NCBI RefSeq assembly: GCF_006345805.1
Contig: NC_042998.1
Coordinates: 68,138,001 to 68,202,000, forward strand
Direction of reading: 5' to 3'
Source of the DNA: Octopus sinensis
Lineage: Eukaryota
DNA length: 64,000 nucleotides
A model generated the notes under the pieces. That model searched no databases. It was not told where the DNA came from and was given only the letters and a program-made list of their open reading frames with translations. Position 1 is the stretch's first letter. Each line of letters begins with the position of its first letter. The translations under genes and the position numbers were made by a program. Of the stretch, positions 13,846 through 27,937 are shown in pieces.

Positions 13846-14770
13846 TCATTTAGTGAGAACAACAATAATGATGATGATGATGATCATGATGATGATCATG
13901 ATGATCATGATGATGATGAGGATGATGATGATGATGATGATGATGAAATCTGTCAGATAAACACTTTTGACGTAATACCATAGCAACATTTTCGACGGAA
14001 GTAAATGGTAACCTGCATTAAAAAAATGGTGGGTGGAATATTTCAACCTGATTTCAGAATATTCTTTCATCATATTCTTTCGAGTTAAAAATCTTTATGT
14101 ATTGATATCACTATTAAGTTGAGAATAATCTGATAGATAAACAACAATTTTATTTGAAATATTTGACAGCTAAAATAACATAGGAAAATAGTTTCATCAA
14201 CACATAAAGAATACAAAGTAAATTTCATTTCCTTTTTGTAAGTATTAATAAGCTTACCATTAATATTAATTTAGCAGGCTTCACATTCGGAATTAAAGAG
14301 TGTGCCTGAATTTAGTTTTATACCTAAGTGACTCGAAATAATTATTTTATGTATGAACTGCAATTAGCTGCTATCTGTTGTTTCCTTCCAGCAAATTCGT
14401 TGAAAGTTAATATGTCTACTAAATTGTGTGTATATATGTATATTAGTGCCTATGTGTATGCATGTATATATTTGTGTGTGCATTTATGTGTGTGTCTGTG
14501 TGTGTACGTATATCCATGAATTCATATATAGTACAAATATATATATGCGTGTATCTCTTCCCTCTTTCTCACTTTTTCTCATTACATATACATACACATA
14601 TACATACACCTACATATATATATACACATATATACATACACACACATGCACACTCACACACACATACATACATACAGACATGCATACATAGAAAGGCATA
14701 CAGATAGACAGACAGACAGAAAACAAATTAATAGATTAACTGGTAGATAGACAGATAGAAACATACGAAC

Positions 14771-14801
<31 letters not shown>

Positions 14802-15152
14802 CATACATACGTACATACATACATACATACATACATACATACATACATACATACATACGTACGTACATGTACATTTACGAAATACCTTAAAGATAAACTG
14901 GTAATCTGCATGAGAGAAAAACGGATTTAGCAAATATATGGTTTCAACTCCTAGAGGTTTCGATTTTTGTACACTCTTCTGGTTACAAAGACTGAAGCTG
15001 TTGTAGAAGTAGACTTTTATATTTCAATGCAAATAGCTAATTTGCATCTTCGTATATATTCGTATCTTTACTTACGTCTTTTCTGTGTATTCTTATTTTC
15101 GAATCTTTCTTTGCTTAAAATATATATATATATATATTTAGAAAACAAAATA

Positions 15153-15440
15153 TAACTAACTGTGAGATATTTGTTTATATACAATAATCTGCCTACCTGA
15201 ATTATAAAGATTATTCGAGTCTATGGAGACAAATTTTGTTAGAAAGATATAAGTAGTTAGCAGTGAGATGTTAGGTTATGTAAAGTAATCAGTCTCTCCG
15301 AATTTTAAAGATTATTTCAGACTATCGATACTAAATTTGTGAGAATAAAATAGGTAATTAGCTGTGAAGTATTAGTTTACATAGAGATCTGTCTGGATTT
15401 TAATGAGTATGCGAGACTACCAAAAGTTATTTTGTTAGTA
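15153..15440. repeat. Degenerate tandem repeat, period about 101 bp, about 3 units
   Basis: Related motifs (tgtgagatat / agtgagatgt / tgtgaagtat) at 15161, 15262 and 15363, each followed by an aattwtaaagattatt-like segment. Confidence 0.65.
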
Positions 15441-16099
15441 ATGTTATTGTTATAACCATATTAAATTCTTGAACTGAGCTTCATGGCCATATCGTCTCCT
15501 ATCGACTTTTTCACTCCTATCGACTTTGTCCTTCTACCATTGCTATGATGTTATATGTTGTAAGCTTTCGCTAACAAAACGACCAAAAGATGATTATGAA
15601 AGAAGCTTTTATATATTTCGTTGTTAGCCCTCATCTATCATAATCCTAAGTTTTCAAATGCATGAAATAACTAATTGGAAATATATAATTATAATACTAT
15701 ATATACATTTGGAAGAGCTTGATTCATGGAACCAAGTATATTTATTACTAGCCGTTCGTTTATAACAGACTAAATAGATCATGTTCGAATCTCTGGCCTT
15801 GCGCTTATGTTATTAATCATGAGGATGGACATACTCATGCTACTTGTACACTGTTACGTGGAATGAACCGTTGAGAGTTAGACACCTTTATTACGAAGAC
15901 TTGAACTAGTAACACTTGAAATGCTAAGCCTGATCCTTAACCTGAATATGATGTTTTAGAGGATAAAATAAGGTTGTGAGATTCTCGCTATACCCAAGAG
16001 CATAAGTTATAGCTAAGATGAATAATTAGACAGAAAAAGAGGACAACTAGAGTAGTATACATAATGAAGTATATATAATTATATATATATATATAAACA

Positions 16100-16368
16100 T
16101 AGATAAATTTAGATATGTTTCGACCAAAGATTGGTCCAGGCCATGTCTAACTTAATAGCATCACCTGATAGGATTATCTAAATCCTTTTTGAAGTTTTGT
16201 GGTGTCATGGTCCACTCGAGTAGGGAGTGTATCCAAGTATAGGTGGCTACTCTGGTATTCCTTGAAGAAATTTGTCCAGATTCCGCTTAAATTTGATGGG
16301 ATCCTTTTCCTGTTGATCAGTTTTGGGACAATGTTAAATAGGGCAGAGCTTGTTGAGGAAAAGAAATT

Positions 16369-16370
<2 letters not shown>
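16100..16370 (-). mobile_element. CR1/L2-group LINE 3' end
   Basis: ALFNIVPK...[13 protein letters not shown]-type C-terminus. Similar to 19205-19515 and ends at (TA)n. Confidence 0.6.
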
Positions 16371-16448
<78 letters not shown>

Positions 16449-16640
16449 ATATATGTATGCATGTACGTATAGATAGATAGATAGATAGACAGATAAACAT
16501 GCATATATATATATATATATATATGCGCATATATGTGTCTGTATAGATATATGTATACAGAAACACACGCACACACTCATATATATATATATACATGTAT
16601 ACATACACACACAGACACAACACATGCACACACGTGTATA

Positions 16641-16685
<45 letters not shown>

Positions 16686-17408
16686 CTAGATTATTTACTT
16701 ATATTCAAGCATGCATTGAAATGTGTATGTATGCGAATATGTGAGTGCCTGTAAGTGGATACACGACTGTTCATGTTTTATCGTATGATGGCGTGTGCAT
16801 ATGTGATTATCTCTATTTATATGTGTGTGTAATTATGCGTACATTTGTATGCGGATATATTCGTGATTGTATGTGAGTCTTTGTCTCTGTGTGTGTGAGA
16901 GAGAGATAGCGAGACTGTGTGTTTGTGTATATATATGCGTGTGCGTATGTGTGTGTTGTAAAAGAAAGGCTGTAGATATAGATTATTAGCTTGATATAAT
17001 TTTTCCTAAAAGCTCTCTCTGATCGCTTTATTTACGTTAGCTGATAAATTAAAACTAAACAACGACTGCTATCAGTGTTAGCCTAATACATCGCCACGAT
17101 AGCAATCTTATCAGCTATTTTCATCTTAATATATCAACTAATATAAACCGAACACTACCTGATATTCATCTCAACTACTCTCTTATTTGCAACATTACAA
17201 TGATGAAAGAAAAAAATGGTGCTACATAATTATACATAGAGATATGCGTGTGTCTATACTTGTGTTTGTGTGTTTGTGTGCAACACATTGATATATATAT
17301 TGATATATATATTGATATATCGATATATATGTATATATACACTCATTCATAGACACACATACGTAGATATATAAACCTATATATATGCTTATACCATATC
17401 TAAGTGTA

Positions 17409-17455
<47 letters not shown>

Positions 17456-17567
17456 CACACACACATACACAACATACTTTCATATATGCATATGTACATA
17501 CATGTACATACATACACACACACACAAACACACACATTCGCACACATGTGTATGTGTGTGTGTATGC

Positions 17568-17602
<35 letters not shown>

Positions 17603-17930
17603 CGTGTGTGTGAGTGTGTGTTAGATCGCATTGGATTAGACTTGATGAAACTAACAATAAACACCGTAAAAGTAATTTTTTATGATTGTTTAATGCAATA
17701 ATATGCGTTTATATATAGTTTCCACGAGCTACAGAATCCTATCTTCATTATCATCAGCAGCATCAGCATCACCAACATCATCAACATCATTATCATTAAA
17801 GCAATTAACTGCTCATCGCCAAAACCACCACCACCCCTCCACTACGGCCTTCATATGTTTTATGTAGAATTATTATTTCATTTATTGTATTATATCCTCT
17901 ATTAATAACTTCCATATTTTCTTTTGACAG

Positions 17931-18151
17931 AGCACAAGTTTTCTTTGTTCCGATCGTTTTGGCTGATTTGGGCCATGCTCTTTGGTGCATCAGTTAACAC
18001 AGACAATCCGCGAGGAGTCTCCAGTCGTTTTCTCGGCAACGTATGGGCACTTTTTGCGTTAGTCTTCCTTGCAAGTTATACAGCGAATCTAGCAGCCTTT
18101 ATGATTACAAAAGAGGAATTCTACGATTTGTCTGGCATTCAAGATTGGAGG
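17931..18151 (+). CDS. GRIN2: NMDA receptor GluN2/NR2-type subunit, exon encoding M2 pore loop, M3 and start of S2
   Basis: Acceptor cttttgacAG ends at 17930 and donor GTAAGT starts at 18152. Translation (E)[73 protein letters not shown] contains the iGlu[10 protein letters not shown] gate. Its GluN2-like context ([22 protein letters not shown]) is recognisable. Confidence 0.95.
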
Positions 18152-18249
18152 GTAAGTTTGGAGTTAGTCTTCTTTTACTGAGAAGTCTTACAAGCTTCTG
18201 TTCATTTACCATCGTTTTATCGTTTTCTTTTTTTTCACTTGTTACTTAC

Positions 18250-18597
18250 ATGAAGCTGCAGCCATCCTGGGGCTCCGCCACCAAGAATTTTAGTCGATCG
18301 AATCGTCTCAAGTACTTTTTTTTTGGAAACCTGGTTCTCATTTTATCGATTTCTCTAGCCAAACCGCTAGCTTACGGACACATAAATACACCAAAACCGG
18401 TTGTCAATCGGTGGTGGAGGACAAATACCGCCACAAAGACACACACACAAACGCACACAATGGGCCCCTTCCAGTTTCTGTCTACGAAATCCACTCACAA
18501 TGCTTTGGTCAACAAGAAGCTATAGATGAAGAAATTTGCCCACTGTGCCACGGAATGGGACTAAAGCAAACTTCTTACCACACAGCAAGCCTGTACC
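18250..18597 (-). mobile_element. tRNA-derived SINE family B
   Basis: Reverse complement of the GCTGTGTGGTAAG head, GAGTGGATTTGGTAGACGGAAACTG core and internal (GT)n. Confidence 0.7.
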
Positions 18598-18655
18598 TAT
18601 TCAAATTCGTACGAAAACGTGTTCCACCCCTCATACGACGTTACTTTTTAGCGTA

Positions 18656-18885
18656 CCGTAATCTCTCACCATATCGTGGTTCGCTTATCGCGGTTCACCT
18701 ATCGCGGTTTATTATTTAAGCTTACGTCGATTTCTCCGTGGTGTTGTTTTGCATTTATAAAATAAATATATATTAATTAAAAAAATAATAATATACAGTA
18801 CAGTACTATTTCTACTTCGCGAATTTCCACCTATCGTGGTGGGTGGGATTGAAATGTAATACCCGTGGTAGTCGAGGGATTACTG
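18656..18885. mobile_element. MITE, Tc1/mariner-pogo type
   Basis: Imperfect TIRs CCGTAATCTCTCACCATATCGTGG and (reverse complement) CAGTAATCCCTCGACTACCACGGG, flanked by TA on both sides; about 230 bp with no ORF. Confidence 0.7.
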
Positions 18886-19204
18886 TATACTCTTCCCAAA
18901 GTGGGTAATATCTGGAAATATGACAATTATAATTAAGCTTTTTACAAAATTTCGTGTTATTTGGACAAATTGTTCAAACGGATGTTAATTTTCGAAGATA
19001 AACATTTATTACATAAAAGCAAAATTAGATAAAAATATATTTTAACAGTCTTCCTTTAACTATTTTGTTCTTTACTCCCTCTCTTCCTCTTCCTTTTCCT
19101 CCTCTCCTTCCTCTTCCTCCTCCTCCTCCTTAGAGATTCACTGCGTGCGCGTGCTTATGCGTGTCAGCGCATGCGTTTACGTCTGCAGTTTTGGCAAAGA
19201 GGCC

Positions 19205-19515
19205 ATACATACAAACTTAGATAAACTTAGGTATGTTTCGTCCAAAGATTGCTCCAGGCCATGTCTAAACTTAATAGCACCACCTGATAGGATTATCTAA
19301 ATCCTTTTTCAGTCGAGTTTTGTGTTATCATGGTCCATTCCAGAAGCGAGTTCTTGTTGAGTGAGTTGTATCCAGGTATAGGTAGCTTATCTGGTATTCC
19401 TTGAAGAAATATGTTCAGATTCCGTTTAAAGGTGATGGGATCGTTTTCCTCTTTGATCTGTTTTGGAACAATGTTAAATAGGGCAGGGATTGTTGAGGAA
19501 AAAAATGTGTTGCAG
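19205..19515 (-). mobile_element. CR1/L2-group LINE 3' end, second copy
   Basis: [40 protein letters not shown]; same family as 16100-16370. Confidence 0.6.
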
Positions 19516-19663
19516 TGAATTTATATGTTACGATTCTGAATTGGGTAGCGGACGTATGGCCCGTGGTCCTAGCCTTAGAGATTCACTTTCTCTCACAGCA
19601 TGCCTGTGTGTATGCGTGTGTGTGCATGTGTTTACATCTAGAGGGAGACGCAGGGAGAGAGAG

Positions 19664-19712
<49 letters not shown>

Positions 19713-19842
19713 GAGAGAGAGAGAGAGAGAGAGAGAAGCATTACCAATGAAAATGCATAAACCTATGTAGAATGTGTACTCGACTGATGCTTATTTTGAA
19801 ACATGTTTATTAGTTATTAGTATCACCAGGCCAAAGCGAAAT

Positions 19843-19889
<47 letters not shown>

Positions 19890-20061
19890 TTGAAATTTAT
19901 AGAAAAACAAAAGACGAAGACAGGTGTATTAGTTTGACGCTCGGGAAAGATGAAAAAGCCTTTTTATGTTTCGAGCGTATGCTCTTCAGCAGAAAGGAAT
20001 AAGAGAAAATAAACTGAGAGAATTTAAAAAAGAAACTTGTAGATTTCAGTGGTTCTGTATG

Positions 20062-20121
<60 letters not shown>

Positions 20122-20361
20122 TGTGTGCACTCGTCTTGCACTTATATTAACTTTATCTGTATCTCTCTTTTACTCTCTCTCGCTCTCCACCTCCCCTTCT
20201 CGCTGTATGATATTAAAGTATGACTGGGGATACCAATCATCCAACCAGCCAACTAACACTTATATCGGCGCGGGTGTGCGTATGTGCGTGTGTGTGTCAA
20301 GTATATGCGTTCATCTTGTACCTTTTATTACTCCCTTTATACCATTCTTTTACTCTTGCCA

Positions 20362-20441
<80 letters not shown>

Positions 20442-20680
20442 GTATATATATAGCAATAATAAATCTCTGAGCGAGACGTAAACAGTAGCAGCACGGAAAC
20501 GTGAAGTATATTTGCCACGTAAATATGGCGGACCCATAGGAGATTATGCTACTGTTTATAGCCCCAGGAAGTCATCTCTTCCAGCTGCTAACGACACACA
20601 CACACACACACACACATATATACATACATACATACATACATACATACATACATACATACATACATACATACATACATACA

Positions 20681-20711
<31 letters not shown>

Positions 20712-20899
20712 GTCTATCTATCTCGATACCATGAACTTAGTGCCTAGAGAAACCAACAACCAACGGTATTTTGGTGCTGGAGCGTTATATTTCTTCATAT
20801 GAAGACATTATGACCGTTAATTAATTACAGTAAAGCGTTGGAAATACTTCTCTTCTAAAATAAAATGCAGCTTACTTATTCTCGTACCGTTATTTTCTT

Positions 20900-21245
20900 A
20901 GGCTCATTGCTCAGTGGTTAGAGAGTCTGGTTTCCAATCGTGAAGTTAAGAGTTCGATTCTTGTACTGAACTGTATGTTGTATTCTTGAGCAAGAGCCTT
21001 TTTTTTAATTTTTTGGTCACGTTGCTCCAGTTCACTCAGTTGTAGAAATTAGTTATGATGTTACTGATGCCAAGCTGTATTGGCCTTTGCCTTGGCCTTT
21101 CCCTTGGATAACATCGGTGACGTGGAGAGGGAAGCCTTGTATGCATGGGTGACTGATGGTTTCCACAAAAAAACCTTATCCGGACTATTGCCCCGGAAGG
21201 GAACTTTCTAGGTGCAATCCCATGGTCATTCGTAAGCGAAGTGGA
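20900..21245 (+). mobile_element. tRNA-derived SINE related to family C (different tail)
   Basis: A box TGCTCAGTGG, B box GAGTTCGATTC, then TTGAGCAAG...TTGCTCCAGTTCACTCAG. Confidence 0.7.
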
Positions 21246-21325
21246 TTTTTACTATTTCCTTAGTTAAACACGTACGGGATTCATATTTTGTACGTTTTCA
21301 CTTTCAATATTAAGATAAGGAATTG

Positions 21326-21515
21326 AAGGCGGCGAGTCGGCATGATCGTTAGCATGCCGCGAAAAATTCTTAGCGGTATTTCGTCCGTCTTTACGCTCTG
21401 TGTTCAAATCCTGCTGAGGTTGACTCTGCCTGTTACCTTTCAGGGTCAATAAGATAAGTAGCTTGAGCACCCTCCCTCAAAATTGCTGGCCTTGTACCAA
21501 GATTGAAATCAATAT
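21326..21515 (+). mobile_element. SINE family A with probable target-site duplication
   Basis: Family A head and core. tcaatattaagataaggaatt occurs both before (~21304) and after (~21509) the element. Confidence 0.8.
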
Positions 21516-21798
21516 TAAGATAAGGAATTATTCGGGGAAACTAGAGGGTCTCTCCCTCGCAACTTCATGTTTTGCAAAAAATCTTTTTGTTTCTATCAAA
21601 GTTAAAAATCACAAATAAAGGCAATTATTCTGCGAAAACTAGTGGTTTTCTGCATTATAAAAATTATAATGTAGTTTCCCAATTAATTTATAGGTAAGTT
21701 AGTAAGGTCTATTTCAAGACTGGATTTTTTTGAGGGAGAGATAAAGAACGTTTTTTAACTGTTGAAAACAAATCCCACTCACTCTCTCACTCTCTCTC

Positions 21799-21832
<34 letters not shown>

Positions 21833-23889
21833 TCTCTCTCCATTTATTTATCTATCTCCCTTTCTCCTTCTTTCTCTCTCTCCCCACCTATCTCTCTCTC
21901 TCCAATATCAATCCAAAAACACCATATCTCTTTCCTACCCACAATTTATCAGCTTAACCTAATCTTAACAGCTTCAATACTAATTCTATTATGACTGTTA
22001 TTATTTCATATAAGTAATGCTGCTATTCGTAACAGAATGATTCGTCGTCAATATTCAGTAGATATTGTTAGCGAAATTATTCAAGAGAAAAAAATATTTT
22101 TCCGTCGTAAAAATCGAAATTTTTCATTATAAAAGTTTCTCTCCTGGTGAAGCGAGACTTCAGCCTGATTTTTATTCTTCGATTAGTTTACGCATCTTTT
22201 CTTCTTAGAAGCTACTAATGAATGAAACCTTGAAGTTTTTATATCTCGTTTCCCCTCTGAAATACAAGGCTTTTTCGATTAGTTAGTCAAAACGTAACCA
22301 ATATTTAAATTATTCAAGAGAAAAATTATATTCCTTTCGTCTGTTTAAGATCAATGTGTAACTTTAAAAAATGACGGCTTTAAAGGAATAATTTAATATT
22401 GTACGTAATTTCAATCCAAGATTATTGCAAGTTTACATCTATGAAGTTGCTTATAAACTATAAAATAAAACTTTTGATTAAAAGTAAAAATTTCAGAACA
22501 TCCTATCTTCATTCATCTTTAATTATTAAAATGTGTTATCAATCGTTAAAAGAAGTATCTGCTAATGAGCTACAATAAGGGTGTAGATAAAATATTTGGA
22601 TTCTTAACTTTGAACTTGTAGATTCAAATTATGGTTGAGATGCTATACTTTTAACAAACTACCCATGTTCTTAAACTGAAATTGAGAGTGTATTCGCTTG
22701 AAACTTATATTTTTTAATGTAATATTGATTTCTGTAAATGAAATGATCATATTCTAGAACAATTTCAGTATTAGGTATAACTTGACTAAAAAATAAATTA
22801 CAGCCGTCACTTGCAAGCGAGTATCACTTGATAGCATGAACAACGCTTTCGCCTGTGCAATCGTGAGCAAGTATAAATGCATCGTGGCAAGTATAAATGC
22901 ATCTTTGATGTAGTGGAACATCGAGGTTGTTACAGATGGGCAGAAAGAAAGAAAGAGAATATACCAACAACAGGTTGTTGCTCATTTCCAGCTAAGCATA
23001 CCGGGTCGACGTAAAAGTAAAACATTTTCCCCGAAATGCAGACTTAATTCCATGATTCGAACGCACGGCTTCATGGTCGTACAATCAAAGACTCTAACCA
23101 CCAGACGACGCTTTGACTAACTAGTTTCAGAAGTTTTTTGCTTCAGAATGAAACGAAATATGGACAACTGGATAAGGTATTACAAGTGGATAAATATTTT
23201 AACTCTACCTTATTAAAGAACTCATTCAAAATTAATAAATCATTGACTTGATAAAGTATATAAAGAAATGGAGAGCGAACAATATTATTCCGTAATTCAT
23301 GTCATGTCCAACTGGTTGGATAATCGAAGCAATCTTGGTTATTACGTCTCCATGTGTCTGCATGTGTTTCCATTTGTTTCCAAGAAAAAAAAAATCAATA
23401 AGTCTCCGTATCCAATCGTTTGATTCAATGAAATATTCCCAAGATCAAAAAAACAAACTAAAAATAAATTTGAAAATCTTGAAAAGAAAATAAATGATGA
23501 AAGAGCTAAATAGTTTTCTAAAAACTGGCGAGACATTATTGAACTGTGAGGTTAAATAATGAACCACCTTTTATTCTAACATTGCAAAAGAGTCTAATTA
23601 GAAACATGGAAACACTATAATATTCCTGATTTACTCTGTTATTGCTGCTGTTGTTGTTATTGTTGTTACTATCGCTGCCATTATTCTTATTTCTATTGCT
23701 GTTATTAAATAGCAAAACCACTAAACTCAAAACTATTCACTCAGACTCAACTCAGCTGCAGAAGTACCAACTTTTCTTATTCGTTATCTGTATTTAACCA
23801 AAGGCGTGTTTGGATTCACGACTGTAAACTGACAACATATTTCTCATATTTACCAGCATTAACGCCCTTCACTTATAACAGTAAACCGG

Positions 23890-24680
23890 TTGTGTGCTAA
23901 GAAGTTTTCTTCCTAACCATATGGTTCTGGTTTCAGTCCGACTGCGTGACAACTCTGGCAAAAGTCTTCTACTATAGCTGACCAAAGCCTTATGAGTGGA
24001 TTTGATTCATAGAAACTGAAAGAAACCCGTCGTATATACAGATCTGTGTGTATTTTTGTGTCTGTGTTTGTCCCCGCCACCACCACTCGTGGTGACAACC
24101 AGTGTTGGCTTGTTTACATTCATGTAACTTAGTGGTTCGGCAAAAGAGACCGATAGAACAAGAAACCATACTTTAAAAAGATAAGTACTGGGGTCGATTC
24201 ATTCGACTAAAAATTCTTCAAGATTATGCTCCAGCATGGGCGCAATCTAATATATGTTGTCAGTTTACAGGCGCAGGAGTGGCTGTGTGGTAAATAGCTT
24301 GCTTACCAGCCACATGTTTCTGGTTCAGTACCACTGCATGGCACCTTGGGCAAGTGTCTTCTACTATAACCGCCGGCCAACCAAAGCCTTGTGAGTGGAT
24401 TTGGTAAACGGAAACTGAAAGAAGCCGGTCGTATATATGTATGTATATATATGAGTGTGTGTGTGTCTGTGTGTGTGTGTATGTGTGTTTGTCCCCCAAC
24501 CCCAACATCACTTGACAACCTGATATTGGTGTGCTTATGCGTCCCCGTAATTTAGTGGTTCTGCAAAAAAGACCGATAGAATAAGTACTAGGCTTACAAA
24601 GAATAATTCCTGGGATCGATTTTCTCGACTAAAGGCGGTGCTCCAGCATGGCCGCAGTCAAATGACTGAAATATGTCAAA
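23890..24680 (+). mobile_element. Two tandem SINE family B copies
   Basis: Copies at about 23890-24250 and 24268-24680 share the head, core, internal microsatellite and gctccagcatggccgcagtc tail. Confidence 0.85.
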
Positions 24681-24789
24681 GATAAACGATATCTTATGAG
24701 TGATAAAGATATCCAGCCTTTGTAGTCAAATATGAGATATACTCACCCTGGCTGTGCGTGGTTCTAGTCAACATGTTGAGATATATAGA

Positions 24790-25127
24790 CAGAGGGGCTA
24801 ACTGGTACTCCGTCGGTTACGACGGCAAGGGTTCCAAGTGATCCGATCAACGGAACTAGCTGTTCCTGAAATTAAGGTAGAAGTGGCTGAGCACTCCACA
24901 GACACGCGTACCCTTTCACGTAATTTTCAGGAAGATTCATCGTGTCACAGAATGTGACACGACTGGCCCTTTGAATTACAGGTACTACTCATTTTTGCCA
25001 GCTGAGCGAACTGCAGCAATGCGAAATAAAATGTCTTGCTCAAAAATATCATGTGCCGTCCCGAATCGAACTCACGACCTCGCGAACGTGAACCGAATAC
25101 ATTAACCACTTGGTCACGCGCCTTCGC
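24790..25127 (-). mobile_element. tRNA-derived SINE family C
   Basis: Minus-strand head GAAGGCGCGTGACCAAGTGGTT...GAGTTCGATTC followed by TTGAGCAAGACA. Similar copy at 33680-33952. Confidence 0.8.
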
Positions 25128-27937
25128 AGACAAAGTGGTTTTTACAGTGATGACGGTCGTAGATGTTAATGATAACTACGGCACAGTGATAACAGTTACA
25201 ATGTTTAAATTGTTGGTTATGTTGATTTTGTTGTAGTTCATATCATTTTTGTGGTTTCGTTGTTTATGTTATTGCGGTCAATCTTGATACTGATCTCGTT
25301 CATTATACATTTTTTTATCTACCTTGTTTATCTGTTTTTTAAAAATATTTTTGTTGTTTATGCTGTTGATTTTGCTATTATTTTAAAGTTATTTCTGCTC
25401 TTCTATATATGGTGTTCATCTCGTAGGTGCTCTTGCTGTCGTCCATAGTTTTCATAGTGTTGGTTTTGTTGTTGTTCACGATGTGGTTTATCTCGTAAAT
25501 GTTGTTATTGTTAGTGGTGCGGGATCATTACTGTCATGTCCGTTGCTAATTTTCTTACTGCTGCTACTTCTGCTGCTGGCGTTGTTGTTGTTGCTGTTGT
25601 TACTACTGCAGCTGCTGCTTTTGTTGCATTTGTTGCTGGTGTCGTTTTTCTTGCAGTTGTTCATTTTTTTTTGCTGTTACCATTGTTGTTGCTTTTGCTA
25701 CTCTTGTTGTTGTTATTGCTATTGTTGTTCTTACCGTCGTTATTGTTGCTGTTGCTGTTATAGCTATTCTTGTCGGTGTGGTTGTTGTGGCTGTAAGTAC
25801 AGTTGTTGTTTTTGTTATGCTTTATACACTCGGTTGAGTATTTATAACAACAAGTATAACGTAACGAAATATGAAGTGTGAAAAGGTATCACGGAATATT
25901 TCTTTCAAAATCGTGTCTGTTTCCGTTCTATGCACCACTTGCAATTATCGTTGCGTGGCTGGAAATATAAGCAAAAGAGGGTGGAAGAAAGGTAGGGATT
26001 TCATTAGCTTCTTTAGTCATACAAAACGCTTAAATATTTTAGGCGATAAAATAATAGTTGTTATAATGTTCAAACATTTCGTCTCTTAAATGCAGCACCA
26101 AAGTAAATGCGAAATAAACTACCTCAGAAAACCAGGAAAAACTAAAATTCAAACTCAGATTTTTGGGAAATTACTACCAGTTCGGTTTTGATCGAAGAGT
26201 TAATTGAACTATTTGATTTAATCAAACTACGTTCCTCATTGCTTAATTAATCTTATTTAGATTTTTTATTCTTTTTGAATCTAATATATTATCACTAGCT
26301 TGGCTATTGTTTCTTCATGTGGATGGTATCTCAAAGAAATATCTATCTCTCAGTAATTCTAGTTTTTACACCAACCATTGTACATTGTTGTACATAACAT
26401 AACGATTCTCCAATCGCTAATTTCACAAATAAGGTCACCTCTCAGCTTTACTGATGAGGTAGTATTATACTGAAATATCTTCGCAGCTATCTCCTACTAT
26501 TGTGGGAAAAGACTCGGGAGAAATTTTCCTCCTAGAAAACGTGTGAAAACATATATGGTTGTTAATGATGTTATCGGATCGTAAGACGCACGTGTTTCAA
26601 TGTTCTTTCGCATCGTCAGTGACAAACATCAAATTTCTCAGTCACAACTCAATTAGAATAATTCGCTCTTATATTAGAACAGCAAACGCTACGTTTGTTG
26701 ATGCGGGTAAAGCTTTGTCAAGGTAGAATTAAAAGTTGTACGAAGCAGTGTTAAATGAAACATATTCGTCTAAAGTCATAATTCACAAACTCGGGCGTGG
26801 ACAACGCTTCCACTGCGAAAATATTTTCGAGAGAAAACTCTTCTCCTCGCCAGCAATTTTTGAAAACTCATTTGGTTGTGACGGACATCATTGGGTTGAA
26901 TTCGTTGATATAGGCCGGTAAATGACAGATCTGGTGATCGTAGGTGAGACAAGAAAGAACGCAGAAACGTATGCATCCTACGATCCAATGACGCCATTCA
27001 AAGACTCACGTAATTTCTCAAATGTCATCTAGGGAAGGTCTTCTCACGCCCAAGTGTGCTCGATCGTATTAAATATGCCTTTATGTATATCGAATTGGGG
27101 ACTTTATGATTGCATGTCAACTTCGTAATCATTCGGCCATCCTGTGACTAGGTGGCTGGTATACACCATGTTTAAATAAAGACACAAATATATCTGATTT
27201 GTCGCTTAACAAATTTTTTTAGCAACTACACTAGAAAATTGCAACGAATGTCTATTGATCATTGCTGAGTGAAATAGGCCTTAATTGACTTCATAAGATA
27301 TACGTCACGTCACAAGCCATTGGTCAGAAATTAGAAATCAATTACGGAGAAAAATTAGTTACGAAATTACAAAAATATAAAAATAAGAAAAAATATAAAA
27401 GGCTGAAAAAAAAAGCAATTTTCCTTCGCATTCCTTCCTACAGAAATAACGTTTATATGTCATTTATGTGTTGGAAAAAATAAATACATTAAGCTATAAA
27501 TTCATTTTCAGGAAGAAAATATCAATCTTGAATTAATTATTTATATAAACGTTATTTGCTTTGCTTTTTACGCCAGAAAAAAATGGACAAAAATGGAAGG
27601 TATAATGAAATTAAGAAAGAATGTAACAATAGAAAATAAATATTTCCCGAAAAAATTTGGGTCGAAATTAGTTGTAAATCAGTGAAAAGAACACAAAAAT
27701 ATGTGAAGTATTACTAATCACCACTGTAAAAACATAAAAAAAAAAGAAAGCGAAGGAAAATGCTGGAAATTGAAGAGTGAATATATATGTGTGTTCTTGA
27801 TATATTTGTACTATTATTGATTGACTTAAAATCGATATCAAATGACTAGCTAAATCTTATTATTGTAGTTAATTGCTTATTAAAATAAAAGAAAACAAAA
27901 GAAGTCATTAATAATAGTATTACTATCATTATTATTA

